Shown piece by piece: positions 51,383 to 60,771 of a stretch of 64,000 nt of DNA. Positions within the stretch are counted from its first letter, which is position 1; every line of letters begins with the position of its first letter. The notes under the pieces were generated by a model. The model saw nothing but the letters and a program-made list of their open reading frames with translations, did not search any database and was not told the origin of the DNA. Position numbers and translations under genes: made by a program. Source of the DNA: an uncultured Elusimicrobia bacterium (GTDB lineage: Bacteria > Elusimicrobiota > Elusimicrobia > Elusimicrobiales > UBA9959); NCBI GenBank assembly GCA_903917735.1, contig CAIXBR010000047.1, forward strand, positions 44,670 to 108,669, read 5' to 3'.

Positions 51383-52365
51383 ACCTGTTCAAGAACCCCT
51401 GGGTGCTGCTATTTATGCCCTTGGCGGGCATACTGGCCGGCCTCGCCTGGGCGCAGCGCTATCGCCGCCTGAATTCCGCAGGCGTTACGGCGCCGCTGCC
51501 CCCGCGCGAAAGCGTACGCTCGCTGCTTTTCAGGTTCCTGCCTTTCTGGGGCAGGGTATTTGCCATAGCCCTCATAATACTGGCCCTGGCGCGCCCGCAG
51601 AGGGCCAGCCGGGGAGAAATTCCGCCCACAGAGGGCATAGACATAATGCTTACGCTGGATACTTCCGGCAGCATGGCCGCGCTGGACTTCGCCCCGTACA
51701 GCCGCATAGACGCCGCGAAGAACGCCGCCTCGGATTTCGTCAAGAAGCGCAGGAACGACCGCATAGGCGTTACGGTGTTCGGTGGCGTGGCGCTGCTCAC
51801 CTGCCCTCTTACGCTGGACTACCAGTCGGTGCTGGAACTGATAGACTCCACCAGCCTAAACATGACCAAGGTCGACGGCACGGCTATAGGGGACGCCATA
51901 GTTACCGCCGTCAACCACCTGAAGGACAGCAAGGCCAAGAGCAAGGTGATAATACTGCTGACCGACGGCCGCTCGAACAGCGGCATGGTGACCGATACGG
52001 CCCTGGCGGCAAAGACCGCCGCCGCCTACGACATAAAGATCTACACCATAGGCACGGCCGGCCATGGGAAAGCGGCCGTCCCCACCGGCAACCCCATGCA
52101 GCCGACCGCCTTCATCGACGAGGACCTGGACGAGCCGACGCTGCGCGAGATCTCGGCCATCACCGGCGGGGAATTTTACCGCGCGAAGAGCTACGCGGAA
52201 CTTGAAAATATCTATACGAGAATAGACGCGCTGGAAAGGACCAAGTTCGAAACCAAGAACTACACCGATTACTCGGACCGCTACGAATATTTCCTGGTGC
52301 CGGCGCTTATGATCCTGGCGCTGCTGTTCATGCTGGAAAGGACCTATTTCAGGACGGTGCCTTAA
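51379..52365 (+). CDS. batA: BatA-like VWA-domain membrane protein
   Basis: Aerotolerance-regulator N-terminus MNLFKNPWVLLFMPLAGIL. VWA MIDAS DIMLTLDTSGSMAALDF. C-terminal TM. Confidence 0.85.
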   Translation: MNLFKNPWVLLFMPLAGILAGLAWAQRYRRLNSAGVTAPLPPRESVRSLLFRFLPFWGRVFAIALIILALARPQRASRGEIPPTEGIDIMLTLDTSGSMAALDFAPYSRIDAAKNAASDFVKKRRNDRIGVTVFGGVALLTCPLTLDYQSVLELIDSTSLNMTKVDGTAIGDAIVTAVNHLKDSKAKSKVIILLTDGRSNSGMVTDTALAAKTAAAYDIKIYTIGTAGHGKAAVPTGNPMQPTAFIDEDLDEPTLREISAITGGEFYRAKSYAELENIYTRIDALERTKFETKNYTDYSDRYEYFLVPALMILALLFMLERTYFRTVP

Positions 52366-52366
52366 C

Positions 52367-54133
52367 ATGGAATTGTTCCGCTATCCTTCGGTCCTGCTCT
52401 GGCAGGCCGCCGCGTTCGCCGGCCTGCTGTTCTTCCGCTACAAGGCCGAGGAATCCAGGCAGACGGCCGCCCGCCTTATTTTCGGCGCCTCCCTGGACCG
52501 CATCAGCTCCGGCACACCTGCCGCCCGGCGGCGCCTGCGCGGCCTCCTGTCCATAACGGCGCTGGGGCTGGCGGCCCTGGCCGCGGCCGGCCCGCAATGG
52601 GGGGTAGAGCTCTCGCCGGTAACGGACCTTAAAGGCAATATCGTCATAGCCGTGGACGCCTCGCTGTCCATGGGCGCGCGCGACCTTAAGCCCGACAGAC
52701 TTTCCAACGCCCGCCTGCTGCTGGGCGCCATAGCCGAAAAGTTCGCCGATTACCGCATAGGCGTCGTCGCCTTCGCGGGAGACGCCTACGTTCAGTGCCC
52801 CCTTACCACCGACCTGGAAGCCATCACCTATTTTTCCTCGTCCCTCACCCCGGGCATGCTTCCCTCGCAGGGCACGGATCTCGCCGCCGCCATAGAGACA
52901 GTTTCGGGAATGCTCTCGCGCTACGGCGGACAGAAGGTGATGGTGCTGATAACCGACGGCGAGGACCACTCCACCGGCCTGGACACCACCCTTAAACTGG
53001 CGGCAGAGCAGAACATGAAGATCTTCACCATCGGCATAGGCAGTCCGGACGGCGAGCTTATCCCTATGACGGATTCCTCGGGCAACACCATGGAGTATAA
53101 GAAGGACAAAGCCGGAAAAACGGTGGTGAGCCGCCTGGACGAGGCCAGCCTAATAAAGATAGCCAGCCGCACCGGCGCGGCCTATATCCATTACTCCGGG
53201 CCCGATACCGCGGCGGAAGAAGTCCGCAGGGCCGTGTCGGAACTCGACCTGGAGAAGAGCAAGGGCAAGGGGCGCAACGGCTTCAAGAACCGCTTCCAGT
53301 GGCCGCTGGCTATGGCCCTGCTCCTGCTTTTGATAGAATTAACGCTGATGGAAAAGGGGTACAAACTGGAATTCAGCGGATTTAAAAATATCGCCGCCCG
53401 CCTGAAGGGGAAAGCCGCGGTCCTGGCCGCCGCGCTGCTGCTGGGCGCCTCCGCCGCTGACGCCGCCGGCTCCGGGACGGACGCCCGCAAGGGCAACTCG
53501 GCCTATGGCCAAAGCGACTGGCCCAAGGCTTTCGAGTGTTACTCCCGGGCCCTGGAAAAGGACCCGGCGGACAAGCGGCTCAACTTTAATCTCGGGGACG
53601 CCTTCTACCGCATGGAGGAATACGGCAAGGCCGGCGAATTTTTCGAGCAGTCCGCGGCTTTGCCCAAAGTGGCCGCCAAGGCGTATTTCAACCGCGGGAA
53701 CGCGCTCTATAAAAGCGGAGACCTGGCCGGCGCGATAGCCAGCTACCGCAAATCCCTGGCCTTCAACCCTTCCGACGAGAACGCCAAGTTCAACCTGCAG
53801 AAGGCGCTTGAGCAGAAAAAGAAGGATTCAGACGGCGGGAAGAACGAAAAAAAGGACAAAGACAAGGATAAGGATAAAGATAAAAAGGACCAGGACAAGA
53901 AGGACGATAAGTCCGGCGGCGGCGGCGATAAGCAGGACCCGCAGAAGCAGAAAGAACAGGAAAAACAGCGCGAGCAGGAAAAGAAAAAAGAGGAAGCCAA
54001 AGAAAAAAGCCGCCAGATACTGGAAATGATGAAAGAAAGGGAAAAGGCCGCCGCGCGGGACCCTGAAGCGGCCCAGCGCGCCGCCATGCAGGCCGGCAAG
54101 CCGCCGCCCGAGAACCGGCTGGAGGACTGGTGA
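52367..54133 (+). CDS. batB: BatB-like VWA protein fused to BatC-like TPR domain and a K/D/E-rich tail
   Basis: MELFRYPSVLLW N-terminus. VWA IVIAVDASLSMGARDL. TM WPLAMALLLLLIEL. TPRs (GNSAYGQSDWPKAFECYSRALEKDP, AYFNRGNALYKSGDLAGAIASYRKSLAFNP). KDKDKDKDKDKKDQDKKDDK tail. Confidence 0.85.
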   Translation: MELFRYPSVLLWQAAAFAGLLFFRYKAEESRQTAARLIFGASLDRISSGTPAARRRLRGLLSITALGLAALAAAGPQWGVELSPVTDLKGNIVIAVDASLSMGARDLKPDRLSNARLLLGAIAEKFADYRIGVVAFAGDAYVQCPLTTDLEAITYFSSSLTPGMLPSQGTDLAAAIETVSGMLSRYGGQKVMVLITDGEDHSTGLDTTLKLAAEQNMKIFTIGIGSPDGELIPMTDSSGNTMEYKKDKAGKTVVSRLDEASLIKIASRTGAAYIHYSGPDTAAEEVRRAVSELDLEKSKGKGRNGFKNRFQWPLAMALLLLLIELTLMEKGYKLEFSGFKNIAARLKGKAAVLAAALLLGASAADAAGSGTDARKGNSAYGQSDWPKAFECYSRALEKDPADKRLNFNLGDAFYRMEEYGKAGEFFEQSAALPKVAAKAYFNRGNALYKSGDLAGAIASYRKSLAFNPSDENAKFNLQKALEQKKKDSDGGKNEKKDKDKDKDKDKKDQDKKDDKSGGGGDKQDPQKQKEQEKQREQEKKKEEAKEKSRQILEMMKEREKAAARDPEAAQRAAMQAGKPPPENRLEDW

Positions 54134-55998
54134 AACTCCAGAACTTAACGGCTAAACTTCTTCACACGCTATTGCTGGCGGCGTTCCTCTGCGCGCCGGC
54201 CGCGGCTTACCTCACAGTCACCGCGGAAACCGACCAGCCCTCGGTAGAGATCAACGGCAACCTCTACCTTACGGTCACCGTTTCAGGCGATTCCGCCAGC
54301 GTTCCGGAGCCGAAGCTCCCGAACATGCAGAATTTCAACGTCTACTCCTCGGGGCGCAGCCAGAGCATCTCTATAATCAACGGCAAGATAACCACCTCCG
54401 TCTCTTTCACCTACATCCTTACCCCGCGCTTCATCGGCGCGCAGACCATCCCAGCCATCTCCGTTTCCAACGGCAAGGAAACGGCCGTGGCGCCCGAGCT
54501 AAAGGTCAACGTGACCAGGGCCTCCCAGCCGCAGCAGCAGGCCCAGCCGGCGGCGCCACCTCGCCCGCAGCCCGGCCGGCAGCCCCGCCGAGCGCAGGGG
54601 GGCGGCGGGACGGAGAACCATCCCCAGATCTTCATTAAGGCCGAGACCGACAAAAAGTCCGCGTATCCCGGCGAGCAGATAAACATCAGCATCAAGTTCT
54701 ACACCTCGGTGCCGCTCAGTTCCAACCCGCAATACGTGCCCCCGGCCTTCAAGAACCTCATTTCGGAGGACCTGCCTCCGGTGCGCACAGGCGAGACGGA
54801 CATAAGCGGGGTGCGCTACGCCTACAGCGAAATAAAGGCGGCGCTTTTCGCGCTTAACCCGGGCCCGGCCGAGATCAAATCGGCTACCGTGGTAGCGCAG
54901 GTCCCGTCGGAGGACCAGATAGACCCATTCGACCCCAATTTCTTCCAGAAGTTCATGTCCATGAGCGGGGCGCAGGGCCAGAGCCGCGAATTTTCCACGG
55001 ACCCCCTTAGCCTAGACATTAAGCCGCTGCCGACGGGTGCGCCGGCCGGTTTCGACGGCGCGGTGGGCAATTACACGGTACTGGCTTCGGCCGACCGCGC
55101 TGACGCGCGTGTCGGAGAAGCCGTGAATTTGTCCATCACCGTCACCGGCAGCGGGAACTTGAAAGCCGTTACCGCGCCGAAGCTGCCGGAACTGGGCGAC
55201 TTCAAGGTCTTCGATACGATGAGTTCGCTCGACATAAGGAAAGAGGGCGACCTCATCAGCGGGAAGAAAACCTTCACCTATATTCTCGTGCCGCGCGCTG
55301 AGGGCCGCAAGATCGTGCCGCAGGTAAAATTCTCGTTCTTCGATCCCAGGGCGGGCATTTACAAGGAGCTGCACACGGACCCGGTAGCGCTGCAGGTGGA
55401 GAAAGGGGACCAGGCGGCCAAGAGCGTTAACTTCAACCCCTCTAACGCCGTGCCCTCAGCGGTGACGGCGTCCGGTTCCGACATCCGCTATGTAAGCGAA
55501 AGGAAGGGGAGCGACACACTGCCGTTCCTCGCCAAGGAAGTGACCGGGCTGCCGCTCTGGGCTCACGCCGTGCCGGCCGCGCTCCTCCTCCTCTCTTTCT
55601 GGCTGGCGAAGCTGAACCGCTTTAAGTCCGCCAACCCGCTGCTGTTCAAGTTCCGCATGGCCCGCAGCGAGGCCTCGCGCGACATCGGCAAGACGGAGGC
55701 CCTGATAAAGGCCGGCAAGAACGGAGAGGCTATCGCCATACTGTACGATTCGTACATGGCCTATCTCTCCGACAAGTGCGGGGTGAAGGTCAGCGCCCTC
55801 ACCATAAAAAAAGCTGTAGACCTCATAAAGGCGCGCTTCCCCCGGGTGAGCGAGCGTTCGGTGGAGGAGATACAGGAGCTCTGGTCGGCGCTGGAACTGC
55901 GCCATTTTTCTCCGTCCGCCGCGGAAGCGGAAGGGACGCGCGACCTGGCCAGGAAATATTCGCTGCTGATAGAACTGCTCGAGAAGGAACTTAAGTAG
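54130..55998 (+). CDS. batD: BatD-like protein
   Basis: GTGA overlap with batB. Signal peptide. Repeated beta-sandwich modules (PELKVNVT, LSLDIKPLP, LQVEKGD). C-terminal TM plus a cytoplasmic helical domain. Operon position. Confidence 0.7.
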   Translation: MKLQNLTAKLLHTLLLAAFLCAPAAAYLTVTAETDQPSVEINGNLYLTVTVSGDSASVPEPKLPNMQNFNVYSSGRSQSISIINGKITTSVSFTYILTPRFIGAQTIPAISVSNGKETAVAPELKVNVTRASQPQQQAQPAAPPRPQPGRQPRRAQGGGGTENHPQIFIKAETDKKSAYPGEQINISIKFYTSVPLSSNPQYVPPAFKNLISEDLPPVRTGETDISGVRYAYSEIKAALFALNPGPAEIKSATVVAQVPSEDQIDPFDPNFFQKFMSMSGAQGQSREFSTDPLSLDIKPLPTGAPAGFDGAVGNYTVLASADRADARVGEAVNLSITVTGSGNLKAVTAPKLPELGDFKVFDTMSSLDIRKEGDLISGKKTFTYILVPRAEGRKIVPQVKFSFFDPRAGIYKELHTDPVALQVEKGDQAAKSVNFNPSNAVPSAVTASGSDIRYVSERKGSDTLPFLAKEVTGLPLWAHAVPAALLLLSFWLAKLNRFKSANPLLFKFRMARSEASRDIGKTEALIKAGKNGEAIAILYDSYMAYLSDKCGVKVSALTIKKAVDLIKARFPRVSERSVEEIQELWSALELRHFSPSAAEAEGTRDLARKYSLLIELLEKELK

Positions 55999-56745
55999 AT
56001 GAGACATATCCTGCTGCTCTGCCTGCTTGCGCTGCCCGCCGCGGCCGCGGCTTACGATCTGGGCGAGATGGCCGAGTTCAACGACCATTACAAGAACGCC
56101 CGCTACGAGGACGCCCTGGAGGGCTACAAGAAAGTGATAGCGAGGGAGCCGGCCAACCCCTGGGGTTACTACAACGCCGGCAACGCGCTTTTCCGGCTGG
56201 GACGTATGGGCCCCGCCATCTTCAATTACGCCAAAGCCTTCACCCTTGACCCGCGCTCGTCCGACATACGGGCCAACCTGGATTTCGCCTTGCGCCAGAC
56301 AGGGCAGACACTTGTTCCGGAGAACGCCCCCAGGGTACTCCACTACCTTTACTATTCCCTGTCCGACACTGAACTGCAGGCGGCGGCTATCCTGCTGTTC
56401 TGGCTGGCCTGCCTCAGCGGCGGCGCTGGCTTCCTCCTGGACGGCAGCAAACCAGGCAGGCTGGCGGGGAAGGCCTCCATGGGGGCGGCGGGGCTTCTGC
56501 TGCTGTCGCTGGCCTGGATGGGCGCCAGGCAGTCCTCCACCTTTACGTCGGCCGGAGTGGTTACAAAGTCCGGCGGCGCACGTATGCTCAGCGGGCCCGG
56601 CGAGAATTTCAAGACCTACGCCTCGGCGCCGGAAGGGCGCCTGGTGAAGATAATGGACGCCGACGACGAAACCTATTACGAGATAGGGCTGTCGAAGGAA
56701 GGGATAAAGGGCTGGGCGCTCAAGACCGACGTGGATAGGTTGTAA
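55999..56745 (+). CDS. batE: BatE-like TPR + SH3b protein
   Basis: Signal peptide. TPR (YEDALEGYKKVIAREPANPWGYYNAGNALFRLG). TMs. C-terminal SH3b-like ARMLSGPGENFKTYASAPEGRLVKIMDADDETYYEIGL..GIKGWAL. Confidence 0.7.
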   Translation: MRHILLLCLLALPAAAAAYDLGEMAEFNDHYKNARYEDALEGYKKVIAREPANPWGYYNAGNALFRLGRMGPAIFNYAKAFTLDPRSSDIRANLDFALRQTGQTLVPENAPRVLHYLYYSLSDTELQAAAILLFWLACLSGGAGFLLDGSKPGRLAGKASMGAAGLLLLSLAWMGARQSSTFTSAGVVTKSGGARMLSGPGENFKTYASAPEGRLVKIMDADDETYYEIGLSKEGIKGWALKTDVDRL

Positions 56746-56762
56746 ATATTTTCATGTGGTCA

Positions 56763-56965
56763 GCGGTTTTGCCTTTTTCTCACGTCGAGATGTGGAGTCG
56801 GGGTGGCAAGGGTATGGGCCCGTCGGGCACCGCGTCGGCCACACCGTGGCCGCGCTCCACACACTGCAGTGGCCTTCGGCCACCCGACCGCCGCGCTGCG
56901 CAAGCGGCGGGCTCCTTGAGGGCCCTCCGAACCCATACCCTTGCCGCTCCTCCGGGCAAAACCGC
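56763..56965. other. ~200-nt GC-rich nested palindrome: candidate structured ncRNA or REP/MITE-like element
   Basis: Outer stem GCGGTTTTGCC (56763-56773) / GGCAAAACCGC (56955-56965). Inner 14-bp stem GGCAAGGGTATGGG (56805-56818) / CCCATACCCTTGCC (56932-56945). Three internal hairpins: GGCCAC-acc-GTGGCC 56837-56851, GTGGCC-ttc-GGCCAC 56869-56883, CCGCCGC-N9-GCGGCGG 56888-56910. Confidence 0.35.
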
Positions 56966-57028
56966 AAAAAATTGATGTAGAAGAATTACAGTGCTTCGGT
57001 TTCTCGCTTGAAGGCAAAAAAGGAAAAT

Positions 57029-57478
57029 ATGAAAATTGCTATTGCTAGCGACCACGCGGGGTTTCCTCTCAAGGTTTTGCTGGCGGACCAGCTGAGAACG
57101 CTGGGGCACGAGGTTTCCGACCTGGGCACCGACTCGCCTGACCGCCCGGTGGACTACCCCGACTTCGCAAAAAAGGCGGCCGACGCGGTGGTCTCCGGCG
57201 CCGCCCGGCGCGCCATAGTGGTCTGCGGCTCCGGGGTGGGAGCCTGCGTGGCCGCCAATAAGGTGAAAGGCATACGCGCCGGGCTCTGCCACGACACCTA
57301 CTCCGCCCACCAGGGCGTGGAGCACGACGATATGAACGTTCTCTGCCTTGGGGCGCGGATAATCGGGCCCGCCCTCGCCTTTGAACTTGTTAAAGCCTTT
57401 ACCTCCGCCGAATTTTCCGGAGAGGACCGCCATAAGCGCCGCCTCAGGAAGATCGAGGACATCGAAAGGGGGAACTGA
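57029..57478 (+). CDS. rpiB: Ribose-5-phosphate isomerase B
   Basis: [68 protein letters not shown] at 57029 after AAGGA (the track TTG at 57008 is less likely). Confidence 0.9.
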   Translation: MKIAIASDHAGFPLKVLLADQLRTLGHEVSDLGTDSPDRPVDYPDFAKKAADAVVSGAARRAIVVCGSGVGACVAANKVKGIRAGLCHDTYSAHQGVEHDDMNVLCLGARIIGPALAFELVKAFTSAEFSGEDRHKRRLRKIEDIERGN

Positions 57479-60400
57479 TGCTCACTCCCGCCGATATAGC
57501 CGCTACCCGCCAGAGCCTCTGGCTGGACAATTTGCGCCGGGACTTCCTACTGGACGGGACTCTTTCGCGCATGGTACAGTTCCGCTCCATAACGGGGCTT
57601 ACATCCAATCCCTCCATCTTTGAAAAAGGTCTGGCGGGAGAATGCTACGCCGGACCCATGCGGGCCATGGCGGCCTCCGGCGCCTCCGCGGAACACATCT
57701 TCGAGACCCTGGCCGTGGAAGACATACAGCGCGCGGCCGACGTGCTGAAGCCGGTGTACGAGGCCGCAGCCGGGCTGGACGGCTTCGTCAGCATGGAAGT
57801 TTCGCCGAAACTGGCCCACGACGCGGCCCGCACCGAGACGGAAGGCCGGCGCCTGTTCGAAAAGATAGGCCGCAGGAACCTGATGATAAAAGTGCCGGCC
57901 ACGCCGGAAGGCCTTGTGGCGGGGGAGAACCTGCTCAAGAACGGGGTCAGCGTGAACTTCACGCTTATTTTTTCCGTAGACCGCTACCGCGCCGTGACCC
58001 AGGCCTACACCGCCGCCATGAACTGGCGCGCCCGCAACGGGCTCCCGGTGGAAGGCCTGGCCTCGGTGGCCAGTTTCTTTGTCAGCCGCATAGACACGGC
58101 CGTGGACAAGGCGCTCAAGGCCCTGCCTGACGGCCCGCCCCCGGATCTGTCCGGCCGCTCGGCCGTGGCGAACTCGCTGCTGGCCTACCAGCTTTACCGC
58201 GAACTTTTCTTCAACCCGGCTTTCAGGGCTTCCGGCGTTCCGCCGCAGCGCATACTCTGGGCTTCCACCAGCGTGAAGGACCCCGCCTACCGGCCCTCGC
58301 TCTACATGGAGGAACTGGCTTTGGAAGGCTCGGTAAACACCGCGCCAGAGGACGCGCTGGAGGCCTATTTCTCCGCCGGAGTCATAAACCGCGACCCCCT
58401 TGCCTCCCGTACGGAACAGGCCCGGGCGCATTTCGCCCGGCTCGCCAAAACCGGGATCAATTTCGGCAGGCTGCTGGAAGACCTTGAGACCGACGGCATC
58501 GAGAAATTCGCGCGCTCTTACGACGGGATACTGGCCCTGATAGAGCGGGCCAGGTCCGCTTCCGGGCGGCAGGACGAAGTATGCGCTGAAATTCCCCTGA
58601 CCGGCACGGCGGCCGCCTTCAAGAAGCTGGCGGACATGGACTTTCCGGCCAGGCTCTGGAAAAAGGACCCCGGACTCTGGAAGAAGGACGCGGCGGCGAA
58701 GAAGCTGATCTCCGGCTCGCTGGGCTGGCTGGACTGCCCTTTCAGGATGCTGCCCAAGGTGGCGGAAATACTAAAATTCGCGGAGGAAATTCGCGGCGCG
58801 GGCTTCACTCACGCCGTGCTGCTCGGCATGGGCGGCTCCAGCCTGGCTCCCGAAGTAATGCGCGGACTCTTCCAGAACCCCAGGTATCCGCGCCTGCTGG
58901 TGCTGAATTCCACCGACCCGGCTTGGATAGAGTCCGTGCGCGCCCAAATAGACCTGAAGCGGACGCTGTTCATATCCGCCAGCAAATCAGGCGGCACCAT
59001 AGAACCGGCCAGCCACTTCAAGTACTTCTGGAGCCTGGTGAAGAAAGCCGGTCTCAAGGACCCGGGCAGAAATTTCATGGCCATAACCGACTCCGGCACC
59101 GGGCTTGAAAAACTGGCGAAAGAAATGAAGTTCCGCAAGGTCTTCATAAACCCGTCCGACATAGGCGGCCGCTTCTCGGCGCTGTCCTATTTCGGCCTGG
59201 TGCCGGCAGCCCTCTGCGGCGCCGATATAAAAAAACTGCTGGAGCGCGCGGTGAACGCGGCCAGCCTGGTCAAGGACCCGGAAATAAAGAACAACCCCGG
59301 GGCCCTGCTGGGAGCCCTGCTGGGCGCCATGGCCGCGCAGGGCCGCGACAAATTGACGCTTGTGATCCCGGGGAAATTAGAATACCTGGGCCTGTGGATA
59401 GAACAGCTGGTGGCGGAAAGCACGGGCAAGGAAGGCCGCGGCATAACCCCTGTCTGCCTGGAGCCGCTGATGGAAGCCGATAAGTACCAGGCCGACCGGT
59501 TTTTCGTGTACACGCGCATGGAGGGTGAAGGCGACGCGGCCGGGACCCGCCTGGCGGAACTTTCAAAAGCCGGGCACCCGGTCTACACCATAACGGTCAA
59601 AGACCCCTACGACCTGGGCGCGGAATTCTTCCGCTGGGAGACCGCCGCTGCCGCCGCCGGGGCGCTGCTGGGAGTAAACCCCTTCGACCAGCCAGATGTG
59701 CAGCAGGCCAAGACCCTTACCCTGCAGGCGCTGGCGCAGTTCGCACGGAAAGGGAATAAACCGGCCTCCAAAGCGGACTTCTCCGCCGAACGGATGGATG
59801 TTTATTCCTCCCGCGCGCTGAAAGCCGGGAACAACGCCATAGCCGCTTACGACGACGTCTTCTGGTCGGTCTTCTCGTCCCTTAAGGAAAAGGAATACAT
59901 AGCCATACTGGCCTACCTGCCCGGCGACCCCAAGGTGGAGGCCGGGCTGGCAAAACTGCGCGACAGCCTTACCCGCTACACCTCGTCGGCCTGTACGCTG
60001 GCCTACGGGCCGCGCTACCTGCATTCCTCGGGCCAGCTGCACAAGGGCGGCCCCGACAACGCGGTCTTCATCATATTGACCCACCAGGACAAAAAAGATA
60101 TAATGATACCAGGGGAAAAATATACCTTCTGGCAACTTGAAACGGCGCAGGCCCTGGGCGATTTTGAAGCCCTGGATTCAAAGAACAGGCGCGTTTTAAG
60201 GCTGCATCTGAAACACCCCCTGGACAAGTCGCTGGCTTATTTGAGCGAGCGCATTGCCAGGGTTGGCAAAACCGGAGCAACCGGCGGAGCCCCACAAGTG
60301 GAGGAAAGCGAAATGCTTAAGCTAGCCGTGAAAAAGAACAACAACACAAAAACCAACACCACCACAACTACGACGAACAAGACCAAGCTCGTCAACACGA

Positions 60401-60663
60401 ACGAGTACGTTGTCGTGGACTACCCGAAGAACCTGGAAACCATCACCACCAGGAATTATTCGGTGCGCATAGGCACCAGCGACTGCACCGGCGTCGACAT
60501 CTCCGTCAACGACCAGCCCTGGCAGCCCTGCAGGCACGCCGTAGGCTATTGGTGGTTCGACTGGAACAACTTCCAGCCGGGCACCCACCAGCTGGTGGCA
60601 CGCATGCACACGCGCAAAGGCGAATACCTGATCTCGAAGCGCCGCCGCTGCAAAGTAGCGTAA
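57478..60663 (+). CDS. Bifunctional transaldolase / glucose-6-phosphate isomerase with an extra C-terminal Asn/Thr-linker + Ig-like (E-set-type) domain
   Basis: Transaldolase part: SLWLDNL, ITGLTSNPSIFEK, MIKVPATPEGL. PGI part: HAVLLGMGGSSLAPEV, ISASKSGGTIEPAS, IGGRFSALSYFGLVPAA. Tail: KKNNNTKTNTTTTTTNKTK then YVVVDYPKNLETI..YSVRIGTSDCTGVDISVNDQPWQPCRHAVGYWWFDWNNFQPGTHQLVARMHTRKGE. Confidence 0.9.
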   Translation: MLTPADIAATRQSLWLDNLRRDFLLDGTLSRMVQFRSITGLTSNPSIFEKGLAGECYAGPMRAMAASGASAEHIFETLAVEDIQRAADVLKPVYEAAAGLDGFVSMEVSPKLAHDAARTETEGRRLFEKIGRRNLMIKVPATPEGLVAGENLLKNGVSVNFTLIFSVDRYRAVTQAYTAAMNWRARNGLPVEGLASVASFFVSRIDTAVDKALKALPDGPPPDLSGRSAVANSLLAYQLYRELFFNPAFRASGVPPQRILWASTSVKDPAYRPSLYMEELALEGSVNTAPEDALEAYFSAGVINRDPLASRTEQARAHFARLAKTGINFGRLLEDLETDGIEKFARSYDGILALIERARSASGRQDEVCAEIPLTGTAAAFKKLADMDFPARLWKKDPGLWKKDAAAKKLISGSLGWLDCPFRMLPKVAEILKFAEEIRGAGFTHAVLLGMGGSSLAPEVMRGLFQNPRYPRLLVLNSTDPAWIESVRAQIDLKRTLFISASKSGGTIEPASHFKYFWSLVKKAGLKDPGRNFMAITDSGTGLEKLAKEMKFRKVFINPSDIGGRFSALSYFGLVPAALCGADIKKLLERAVNAASLVKDPEIKNNPGALLGALLGAMAAQGRDKLTLVIPGKLEYLGLWIEQLVAESTGKEGRGITPVCLEPLMEADKYQADRFFVYTRMEGEGDAAGTRLAELSKAGHPVYTITVKDPYDLGAEFFRWETAAAAAGALLGVNPFDQPDVQQAKTLTLQALAQFARKGNKPASKADFSAERMDVYSSRALKAGNNAIAAYDDVFWSVFSSLKEKEYIAILAYLPGDPKVEAGLAKLRDSLTRYTSSACTLAYGPRYLHSSGQLHKGGPDNAVFIILTHQDKKDIMIPGEKYTFWQLETAQALGDFEALDSKNRRVLRLHLKHPLDKSLAYLSERIARVGKTGATGGAPQVEESEMLKLAVKKNNNTKTNTTTTTTNKTKLVNTNEYVVVDYPKNLETITTRNYSVRIGTSDCTGVDISVNDQPWQPCRHAVGYWWFDWNNFQPGTHQLVARMHTRKGEYLISKRRRCKVA

Positions 60664-60771
60664 CAGCCTTTAGGCAACCGACAGCCGTCTTTTTGTGGAG
60701 CTCCAGTAGAGCCCCGTTAAAGGCGGCTGTTTGCTTATATACTGGCGCCCATGTTTTTGTAGAATAATAGT

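Noticed and set aside
56752-57017. Five overlapping 71-85-aa ORFs in different frames and strands
   Set aside because: They are mutually exclusive and have no RBS or motifs. They coincide exactly with a GC-rich nested palindrome, so I treated the region as non-coding structure instead.
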